Source of the DNA: a virus
Lineage: Duplodnaviria; Caudoviricetes
IMG/VR virus record: IMGVR_UViG_3300001533_000597
Location: 1 to 62,409 of that record
Direction: 5' to 3' (one strand)
DNA: 62,409 bases
Below are positions 39,083-46,997 of the stretch, one piece after another. The first letter of the stretch is position 1, and every line of letters starts with the position of its first letter. The position numbers and the translations under genes were made by a program. The notes beneath the pieces were generated by a model that had not been told where the DNA came from, made no database searches, and saw only the letters and a program-made list of their open reading frames with translations.

Positions 39083-39917
39083 GTCTATTAAGAAACTAAA
39101 TATAAAAACAACTAGATATAATTTAGAAATACAGGATAATCATAATTATTTTGCCAACAATATTTTAGTACATAATTGTAGATGTTTAACCTTAATTACA
39201 AACGATGAAATCATACCATATTCCCGACAGCTTAAAAAGTGGACCAGTCTTTCTCATATCGTAGACGAAATAGTAAAACTTAATTTGCCTGTTGGAACTA
39301 TTCTAGATGGAGAATTATATATTCATGGTGAGGAATTTCAAAATTTAACTTCCGCCATTAAAAGAGATAGTCCTTCCGATAAAACAAAGAGCATTCAGTA
39401 TCATATTTATGATTGTGTGTCCAATAATGATTTCAAAAATAGATATGAATGGCTACAACAAAATATTAAAGATAGCAACATATTAAAACTAGTTCAGTGC
39501 CAAACAATTAGTACTCAAACAGAGATAGAAGCAAAGTTGCAAAAATATTTAGATGCTGGTTACGAAGGTATGATGTTGCGCAATATAAAGGGACCATATA
39601 AAAGCGGTGGACGCTCGTTTGATTTACAAAAGGTAAAGAAATTTATAGATATGGAATTTCCTATTACCGGAGCATATCAAAATAAAGGAAAGATGAAGAA
39701 CCAATGTACATTTGAATGTGCGACCGATGATGGAACAATATTTGGTGTAAAACCAATGGGCTCAGAACAAATGCGTGAGCAATATTGGGCAAATTGGCAA
39801 GATGGTACTATACAGCCGGGGGATTTATTGACAGTACGATTTTTTGCATGGACTACCTCTCAACATCCAGTACCACGATTTCCAGTTGGTGTAGCCATAA
39901 GAAACTATGAAGGATAA
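39066..39917 (+). CDS. Split-intein C-half (37 aa, 39066-39176) fused to DNA ligase C-part (246 aa)
   Basis: GGGAG SD; blocks F/G YNLEIQDNHNYFANNILVHN then Cys+1; ligase motifs LDGELY, YHIYD, YEGMMLR, KVK, PRFP. Confidence 0.92.
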   Translation: MLSKIKSIKKLNIKTTRYNLEIQDNHNYFANNILVHNCRCLTLITNDEIIPYSRQLKKWTSLSHIVDEIVKLNLPVGTILDGELYIHGEEFQNLTSAIKRDSPSDKTKSIQYHIYDCVSNNDFKNRYEWLQQNIKDSNILKLVQCQTISTQTEIEAKLQKYLDAGYEGMMLRNIKGPYKSGGRSFDLQKVKKFIDMEFPITGAYQNKGKMKNQCTFECATDDGTIFGVKPMGSEQMREQYWANWQDGTIQPGDLLTVRFFAWTTSQHPVPRFPVGVAIRNYEG

Positions 39918-39920
39918 ATA

Positions 39921-40526
39921 ATGTCAACATATATGGATTTAGAACAAGTGGGGAAACGTCGTATAAGTTATCCGGATAAAGACCAACAATATTTTAAGCC
40001 ATCCATACAATATTATTTAAATTTAGCCGAATCTTTGATTAAAAAATATGCTACTAATATGGCATATATTTTTCTTCACAACGAGGATGTTATCTCAAAT
40101 ATTGCAACATCTATGATGATGGCAGACTGGAGATTTGATGGGCGTGGAGATAGGTCGGGATATAGAAAATCATGTGGAAGATTAGCATTATTAGCTTGCA
40201 TTACTAGATATCAAAATAATCGTAAAATACCAACAATATCTATGAATGATGCCGGCCAAGAAAATTATCAATTTTTATTATCTTTAGTTGACAAGAAACA
40301 ATTACAGCCATATCAAATTTTACAAAATAAAGAACAGACTCGTGATTTATATAAATTATTAGATATTCTTACGGAACGACAGAGACAATGCATTATCATG
40401 AATTATTTTGAAGGGTTAAACAATGTCCAAATTGGAACAAAATTAGGTATTACAAGGTCGGCCGTTCAACAAAATATAGCGAATGGTCTCCAAAAATTAC
40501 AGAGGTTAAATGATGGCGTTTGCTAA
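39921..40526 (+). CDS. Phage sigma70-family factor with region 4 HTH
   Basis: LTERQRQCI...YFEGL...IG..LGITRSAVQQ....GLQKL. Confidence 0.75.
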   Translation: MSTYMDLEQVGKRRISYPDKDQQYFKPSIQYYLNLAESLIKKYATNMAYIFLHNEDVISNIATSMMMADWRFDGRGDRSGYRKSCGRLALLACITRYQNNRKIPTISMNDAGQENYQFLLSLVDKKQLQPYQILQNKEQTRDLYKLLDILTERQRQCIIMNYFEGLNNVQIGTKLGITRSAVQQNIANGLQKLQRLNDGVC

Positions 40527-41013
40527 AGATAGGGCAATAGGACAAATAGGAGAAGATGCTGCAATATCTGTATTCAATAAATTAGGAATTCATGTTGATA
40601 AAAATACCAATAAAAATAGGTTATCCCACTATGATTTAATTTGTACAGCGCCCTATTTATATACTACAACATTTATGGTTGAGGTAAAAAATGATGTTTA
40701 TTCAGTCATCTCCGGAAATATTGCTATTGAAATCGGCCGAGCCTATGGTAATCAAAAAAGTGGTTTGACTATTACTAAAGCCAATTTGTGGATGCATATT
40801 GTAGGACAAGATATTTATATTACATCTATTAGTAAATTACAACAATATATTAAACAAAATAAACCAAAGCGCATTATTGAAAGTGCTGGAGATGGTAATG
40901 CGCAAATTATGTTATTTGAAATATCTAAAATTATACCTAGTATTTTTACCGCCATAAATGGTACTGACATAGAGAAAGAACAACAACTAATCAAATCATT
41001 ACTGGATAATTAA
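40510..41013 (+). CDS. PD-(D/E)XK nuclease-like protein
   Basis: GE, YDL, VEVKND, SGNIAIE, SGL..TKA. Confidence 0.7.
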   Translation: MMAFAKDRAIGQIGEDAAISVFNKLGIHVDKNTNKNRLSHYDLICTAPYLYTTTFMVEVKNDVYSVISGNIAIEIGRAYGNQKSGLTITKANLWMHIVGQDIYITSISKLQQYIKQNKPKRIIESAGDGNAQIMLFEISKIIPSIFTAINGTDIEKEQQLIKSLLDN

Positions 41014-41014
41014 T

Positions 41015-42171
41015 ATGTTTAATGTATATATAGAATTATGGATAATATCCAACGATTTAGAGACCGGCAAAAAATATATTGTATCACTTCAGGAAGAACA
41101 ATTTGAACCGCCCCTTGTCAACTATACAAAAGACGGCCCGGACATTGATGGTATTTTGCATCCATTGTTACATATTGATACCCAATGGATTACATTAAGC
41201 CCCAAAAGAATTTATCATCAGAACGAAGATTTATATATTATTTGTCATGGTCAAATTCCATTTACCGTAATGCCTTCAGATGCCTTTTGGATAGAATTTA
41301 TTCCTGCTAAACACATAAGGATACTAAATGAGTCTACTTAATTATATAAAATCTATGTTTGGTGTAAATCTAGAATTAGCAGATAATGATGAAATAGAAT
41401 TGCAAGAGTCTCAAGAATCTAAAGACCAACAATTGCAACCAATTGGTACCATATTATATATGTTAATGCCGAATGGTGAGATTAATTTATCTTATGAGTG
41501 TGTTGATAATGACATAAAATTAGCACCTATATTTGCTAAATTTTTATATCACATTAACCAAGGAGACCTAGAACCAATACTACAACAATCATTGATTCAA
41601 CATGCTAATACTAATATGATAGTTCGTCCATTTATCGAGGCAGTGTGTAGGGAATGGGTTAAATTACAAGAAGAACATGATGATATACCAGCTGTTGACC
41701 CTAGAGCTATTTTTTCTATGTCGTCTAACCTTGGGAATACGAATGAACAAGAATAAACCGACTATATTATGGGAAAAGTATAAAGACCCTTGGAATTTAT
41801 TTAATAATGAGGACGAAGATGGATGGGAAACAGAAGACTATAATAATGTACATAATGTAGCAACTAAATTAGATGACGCTAAGGCCATAGTGACCCCAAT
41901 GGGACCAGTCCCGTTTAGTCCCGCTAATTGTCCATCTAATACATTTAATTTTTGGTTAGGTCATTCTAATTTTCGTATTACCAATAAAATTGCCGAGATG
42001 ATTTCCCAACAAAATGGTATAGAATCTGTAGATATTTTTTCTCCTCATCGCATCCGCATCGGTGTCGGTAAGCTATTTAAACCATGCGATGTTATGACTA
42101 ATATTTGTCAATGTGTCGGAAAATATATATTAGATAGGAACAAGAAAGATGCCGAGTCCAGTGCGTCGTAA
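41015..42171 (+). other. Three hypothetical ORFs (41015-41341, 41328-41756, 41743-42171)
   Basis: Overlapping + strand ORFs with no recognised motif. Confidence 0.55.
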
Positions 42172-42850
42172 TATTACTCAACGAAGTGAAATGGTTTATG
42201 ATGCTCACCACTTTGGTATAGTTTTGGATACCCGTGAAATTTTTTTATGTAGTCCTGACGACCCATATGAAGAATCATACATCGACCATAGGACTGCTGG
42301 TAATTTTATACGCAATCTTCATATTCTGAATAATATGGGGCATAACCCCATTCTAGTCCATATGATGACGGTTGGTGGTATCTATGAGTGTGGTATGGCT
42401 ATATATGATGCTATTAAAAATAGTTGCGATGACCCCAAATTATCTAATATTACTGTTTTAGCCTATTCCTATGCTCGCTCTATGTCATCTATAATTCCGC
42501 AGGCCGCTACGTGGCGCGTAATGATGCCTTCGGCCTACTTTCTAATTCATTATGGCACCTATAGTAGTGAGGAAAAAAATTGGCAATCTGTTATTTCTGA
42601 TATAAAGTGGTCAGAAAAAGAAACAGAAAATATGATAGATATTTACGTTAATCGGTGTCAAAATGGGGACTTTTGGAAACGAGAGGGATTATTGGAACCA
42701 AAAGCCATTAAGAGATGGATAAAACGTAACATTGCGACTCGACAAGAATTATATTTAAGTGCGAAAGAAGCTGTAGATAAGGGTTTTATGGATGCTGTAT
42801 TAGGTGATGATGAGTTTGAAACCATAGATAAATTAAGAGATACTCTTTAA
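42149..42850 (+). CDS. clpP: ClpP-family serine protease
   Basis: REIFL, GG...GMAIYDAI, ARSMSS (Ser), LIHYG (His), YLSAKEAV..GFMD. Confidence 0.82.
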   Translation: MPSPVRRNITQRSEMVYDAHHFGIVLDTREIFLCSPDDPYEESYIDHRTAGNFIRNLHILNNMGHNPILVHMMTVGGIYECGMAIYDAIKNSCDDPKLSNITVLAYSYARSMSSIIPQAATWRVMMPSAYFLIHYGTYSSEEKNWQSVISDIKWSEKETENMIDIYVNRCQNGDFWKREGLLEPKAIKRWIKRNIATRQELYLSAKEAVDKGFMDAVLGDDEFETIDKLRDTL

Positions 42851-42852
42851 AC

Positions 42853-42862
42853 GGTGTATAAT
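42853..42862 (+). promoter_or_regulatory. GGTGTATAAT putative phage promoter element
   Basis: Intergenic exact copy of the 15242 motif. Confidence 0.55.
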
Positions 42863-42900
42863 ATATAGGTAGATATATAATACCCATCTCGGAGCATCTC

Positions 42901-43218
42901 ATGAGTTTAGCTACTATTATTTCCATTATAACTATAACTATGGCATTAATGGGTCATGTTGCTTTTGTTTCTTGGAAATTTGGACAATATTCACAAAAAC
43001 AAATATTTGATTCTAACCAAATAGACAGATTATGTAATAGTGAATCGCAAAGAGCCATATTATGTGCTGGTCAATGCCAAGTAGTTAAAAATATAATTAA
43101 GGAGTTGGATAGGTTGGTAATTCAAGTTACCGACAGTAATCATAAGACTGGTATTTTAAATGATAGTCTAACAAAACTATCTACTAAAGTAGAAACATTG
43201 GAAGGACATCATGACTAA
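42901..43218 (+). CDS. Single-TM coiled-coil protein
   Basis: GGAG SD; N-terminal hydrophobic helix. Confidence 0.6.
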   Translation: MSLATIISIITITMALMGHVAFVSWKFGQYSQKQIFDSNQIDRLCNSESQRAILCAGQCQVVKNIIKELDRLVIQVTDSNHKTGILNDSLTKLSTKVETLEGHHD

Positions 43219-43597
43219 TATATTGATAGTGGATGATAATACTAAAGATAGACATACCCTATATACAATAGCCAAGCAACTATTACCATCTGCAAATGTT
43301 CTTACCGCTGATAGACTAGGCCGAGCTAGAGATATACTAAATATTAAAAAAATTGATTTACTTATTTCTGAGATTTGTTTTACATATCTTAATGGCTTAT
43401 CAGATGGTTATGAATTAGTAGGATATACGAAAGATAAATATCCTGATTGTATTTGTATACTATTGACAAATTATCTTAATAGTATTTCAACTTCTAGGGC
43501 AAAAAAATATAATGTAGATGCCTTAGTAATTAAAACACACTCACTGTGTGAATATAAAGACATGTTAAAAAGACTGGACACAAATAAGGAACAATAG
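43211..43597 (+). CDS. Stand-alone CheY-like receiver domain with Glu at the phosphoacceptor site
   Basis: ILIVDD, DLLISEI, DGYEL, ILLT, VIK. Confidence 0.8.
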   Translation: MTNILIVDDNTKDRHTLYTIAKQLLPSANVLTADRLGRARDILNIKKIDLLISEICFTYLNGLSDGYELVGYTKDKYPDCICILLTNYLNSISTSRAKKYNVDALVIKTHSLCEYKDMLKRLDTNKEQ

Positions 43598-43632
43598 GAC
43601 TTATTAGGGAGAATTATATAAGGGTTTAAAAA

Positions 43633-44493
43633 ATGGCAAGTTCTCCTAAAACGATGTATCGTGTTGTAAATCCTGGGGCTGGCAACGATTATTATAATGT
43701 AGCTGGTTCAGCTTATAATGCAAAAGAAGATTTTTCGGATGATTTAAATCCGGCCGCTCAACCAACTTATCTTGGAGGTAATGCTCGTAATTTATATTCC
43801 AATCGTTCATTACTAGATAATGTAGCACATGGATTTGCTAGTACAGTTTTCGCGTCTCAAGTAGTAGGCGGAAATAATATTGGTTATGCCGCTTGGGGTA
43901 CGCAAGTCTCAGCAGATGTTAGTGTGGCAGCAGATAGTGGCTATGCTAAGTATACCAAAAATGAACATGGACTTAGTGTTGGTGCTATAGTTAATGTTAC
44001 TGATACCAACAGCGTTGTAGATGGTCCTCAACGTATCACGGCTGTTACAGCCAATACATTTACGACCACAAAATTATATACTGCTGGTGCTGGTACAGTT
44101 ACCTATTACCCATCTGATGGTACTCATTTTGCCTCTATGACGGCTGAAAAATGGATTATTCGTAGAGTTACAACTGAATTAGCTGGTGGTGTTTCCAAAA
44201 CACTATTACGTTCAGGTGCTTCGGATTATCAAATTAGACGCCCAATCCATCAAATGGAGGCTATGCGTACTACTCGTACCGCTACAGCAATTCGTGCTGG
44301 TTATTGGAACGAGTATAGTGGTAGTTGGAGTACAGACCCAACAACTGCTGATGATATGGCAACGTTTGAGACTAATGGTACTGATGATGCTGCAAACCCG
44401 ACCTATGCTAAGCCGGGTGAGTTGGTATACAAAGAACCCAAACACATTCCCGAAATGGATGATTACAAAGAACGTCATTCGACAACTAGCTAA
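43633..44493 (+). CDS. Probable virion structural protein
   Basis: A/G/T/S-rich; HGLSVGAIVNVT...RITAVTANTFT beta module; terminator follows. Confidence 0.55.
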   Translation: MASSPKTMYRVVNPGAGNDYYNVAGSAYNAKEDFSDDLNPAAQPTYLGGNARNLYSNRSLLDNVAHGFASTVFASQVVGGNNIGYAAWGTQVSADVSVAADSGYAKYTKNEHGLSVGAIVNVTDTNSVVDGPQRITAVTANTFTTTKLYTAGAGTVTYYPSDGTHFASMTAEKWIIRRVTTELAGGVSKTLLRSGASDYQIRRPIHQMEAMRTTRTATAIRAGYWNEYSGSWSTDPTTADDMATFETNGTDDAANPTYAKPGELVYKEPKHIPEMDDYKERHSTTS

Positions 44494-44500
44494 ACTTTTT

Positions 44501-44537
44501 GGTATGAGGGGTTTCATCGCCCCTTATACCCTTTAAT
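44501..44537 (+). terminator. Intrinsic terminator-like hairpin
   Basis: GGTATGAGGGG / CCCCTTATACC stem then CTTTAATT. Confidence 0.7.
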
Positions 44538-44549
44538 TAAGGTGTTGCT

Positions 44550-45164
44550 ATGCTACCACACATATTATTATCAGACTATTATCCATTGATGCAGGAGGGG
44601 GATGTTGCACTATTTAGGGGCCAAAATTTACTAGGTCGCCTAATAGGAAGGGGAAGTGAAACAACCTATAGTCACGTCGGCATATTATCTAGACATAATG
44701 GTTTAATAGAATTAGTAGAGTTTAAAGAGAGAAAGGGCGGGCGCACTGTTAATTTTGATATAATAGTAGAAAAGGCAGCCAGATATATAGATATTTATAG
44801 ACCAATACCCGTATGGTTAAAATGGAAAGTATATAATGGTGAGGTTAAATTAGTACACAAATATTTTGATGGGCGTGCCGTTACAAATACTATGCGACAA
44901 ATGACTGGGTTGCCGTATGGTTGGAAACGTCTTTGGTGGATTATTAAGCACAAAATGTTTGGATTACGACTATTATATAATGTTAATAATTTAATGGTAG
45001 ATACACTTGAAGATATGGTCTATCCCGTATGTTCTACGGCCGTGGCCTATTCATTTAATAAGAATGGTTTTGATATTTTATGTAATCGAGCAGACGCATG
45101 GACGGAGCCTGGTCAAATTGCTATGTCGCCCAGACTTACCGGTTTGTTTACTATTACTACTTGA
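44550..45164 (+). CDS. Permuted papain-like NlpC/P60 (YiiX/YebB-type) protein
   Basis: GDVALF, YSHVGI, GLPYG, VCSTAVA, EPG. Confidence 0.72.
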   Translation: MLPHILLSDYYPLMQEGDVALFRGQNLLGRLIGRGSETTYSHVGILSRHNGLIELVEFKERKGGRTVNFDIIVEKAARYIDIYRPIPVWLKWKVYNGEVKLVHKYFDGRAVTNTMRQMTGLPYGWKRLWWIIKHKMFGLRLLYNVNNLMVDTLEDMVYPVCSTAVAYSFNKNGFDILCNRADAWTEPGQIAMSPRLTGLFTITT

Positions 45165-45206
45165 CATTTTACTCCCTCCCCCTATATACATATCGGAGAT
45201 TTTACT

Positions 45207-45578
45207 ATGATGGCCGTAAATCACGTTTCACAGTCTATAATTTCTCGTATGCGGGCCGAAAATACAAAACAAGAGGTTTGTGTTGACCCGACCACTCTTC
45301 AAATAATAATATCCACCATAGTAGTGCAAATTATCAAGTTGCTCGCGGAATATTTGAACTATAAAAAACAAGATGGCGAACAAGAGGAAGTGGCGTATAA
45401 TATATTGAAGTCGCCCAACTTTTTACAACGCCGCATACTCAAGAGAACTATCAGAAAAGAAATGGGATTTTGGCAATATTGGGTAAATGGAGGTAAGGTA
45501 TATGACTCCCTCCTGCAAGAAGGACAACAAGCAGATGTGGAAATTGTTAAAGATTTATTTAACGAAGTTATTACGTAA
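45207..45578 (+). CDS. Hypothetical protein
   Basis: GGAG SD; TTGACA at 45161 upstream. Confidence 0.55.
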   Translation: MMAVNHVSQSIISRMRAENTKQEVCVDPTTLQIIISTIVVQIIKLLAEYLNYKKQDGEQEEVAYNILKSPNFLQRRILKRTIRKEMGFWQYWVNGGKVYDSLLQEGQQADVEIVKDLFNEVIT

Positions 45579-46050
45579 TATCACTCGATTAGTAGAGTAT
45601 TTATTGTGGGGTTTTGGTCCACCGATGCCCCCGACAGACCTTAAGTATGAAAGGATTAATGATATGAAACAGGTATCAATTAAATTATTTTGGGAACCAT
45701 CAATATCATCTGACGTTGTAGACCAACAACTAGAAATTTATGTGGGTGGTGAGTTAGTGGTAAGCAAAAGCTTACTACCCGAAATATCAAGTTATGAACC
45801 GCTTGTATTAGATGCTCACGATACAGTCTTGGCTAAGGTACGTGCCTATGATGGTCTCTTTTATAGTCCCTGGGCCGTTCTAGAATTTGTTTTACCAGAT
45901 TTAGATGCTCCGCTACCACCGACACTTTTCGGATGGGATATTGTTGAGGTTATAGATGTTGAGGAACCCGTTGAGGAACCCGCTGAGGAGCCCGCTGAGG
46001 AACCCGCTGAGGAGCCCGCTGAAGAGCCAGTTGAGGAACCAACTGAATAA
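45487..46050 (+). CDS. FN3/Ig-like protein with acidic EEP(A/V) tail; true start probably further downstream
   Basis: PPTDL, LFWEPS, KVRAYD...SPW. Confidence 0.55.
   Translation: MEVRYMTPSCKKDNKQMWKLLKIYLTKLLRNITRLVEYLLWGFGPPMPPTDLKYERINDMKQVSIKLFWEPSISSDVVDQQLEIYVGGELVVSKSLLPEISSYEPLVLDAHDTVLAKVRAYDGLFYSPWAVLEFVLPDLDAPLPPTLFGWDIVEVIDVEEPVEEPAEEPAEEPAEEPAEEPVEEPTE
45958..46047 (+). repeat. 12-bp coding tandem repeat, about 7.5 units
   Basis: G(T/C)TGAGGA(A/G)CCC units encoding (V/A)EEP. Confidence 0.9.
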
Positions 46051-46586
46051 TGCCAATCCGAAATAGCATATTAAGTATGTTATCTCAGGGTGCTCGTAAA
46101 AAAATACAACATTGGTCGAGCATTAGGTCGGACGTTAAGCGTGATAATTGGGATGTATTTTTTATGCGTCAAGCTATTAATATGTCCAAACGCAGCCCTG
46201 ATGCTCAGACCAAGGTTGGAGCCGTTTTAGTCAGAGATAAGACCATTATTACCTCTGGCTATAACGGACACATCCGAGAAGCTCGTGACGAATTTATTCC
46301 GAATATTCGTCCTGATAAATATCCATTTATGATGCACGCCGAAGTAAATGCTATCTTTAATGCGGCCCGATTAGGTCTTTCCACCTTAAATAGTACGTGT
46401 TATTGTACTCACCAGCCTTGTGAACAATGTTTACAATTTTTGTGGCAGTCGGGTATCAGAGAAATAGTATATTTAGAAAATAGTTTTGCTCATTCTGCTA
46501 GTAATAATGATGAGTTTTATGAAATTTTTCAATTTTTGACTCGACGTTTAATGACCATTAGGAGTATGAAGATAGATGAAGCTTAA
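46050..46586 (+). CDS. dCMP deaminase
   Basis: KVGAVL, GYNG, HAEVNA, PCEQC. Confidence 0.9.
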   Translation: MPIRNSILSMLSQGARKKIQHWSSIRSDVKRDNWDVFFMRQAINMSKRSPDAQTKVGAVLVRDKTIITSGYNGHIREARDEFIPNIRPDKYPFMMHAEVNAIFNAARLGLSTLNSTCYCTHQPCEQCLQFLWQSGIREIVYLENSFAHSASNNDEFYEIFQFLTRRLMTIRSMKIDEA

Positions 46587-46869
46587 GATTTGTGAAACCA
46601 CTGAAAATAAGATGTTTGAGATAGTCGTGCAGATACGGGATGCGGAGGGCAATCCAACCGGGCGTACTAAATCATATAGCACTGATAACCCAGATAAATT
46701 AGCACAGTTTTGGAATAATATGAGAGGGCGTCCCAAAAGAAAGAAAAAGAAGAAAACCAATCATGATAAATTACCAAAGGGCAAGGATGCAGATAAGTTG
46801 GCACAAACTATTGGAGAAGAAACAGAAAAGAAAAAAGATGGGATTCAGGACATCATTCCTTCATTATAG
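46576..46869 (+). CDS. Small basic hypothetical protein
   Basis: ORF with a poly-Lys tract. Confidence 0.55.
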   Translation: MKLKICETTENKMFEIVVQIRDAEGNPTGRTKSYSTDNPDKLAQFWNNMRGRPKRKKKKKTNHDKLPKGKDADKLAQTIGEETEKKKDGIQDIIPSL

Positions 46870-46904
46870 GGAATTCAAGGTTTCATCCCATTAAATATAT
46901 AAAT

Positions 46905-46976
46905 GGTGGGAATGCAGACTGTCATTCCATATAATACGACGTAAGCAAATATGGAATTCACATGCTCATTCCCACC
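46905..46976 (+). promoter_or_regulatory. Long imperfect hairpin in the nrdJ leader
   Basis: GGTGGGAATG/CATTCCCACC enclosing ATTCCATAT/ATATGGAAT. Confidence 0.55.
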
Positions 46977-46997
46977 TATCAAAACAAAGGTACAAAT

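Noticed and set aside
45958-46047. CRISPR array
   Set aside because: 12-bp in-frame tandem units without spacers, encoding EEPA/EEPV
46870-46997. Cobalamin riboswitch before nrdJ
   Set aside because: No recognisable B12 box or conserved core, and the region is short; kept only as an unclassified hairpin
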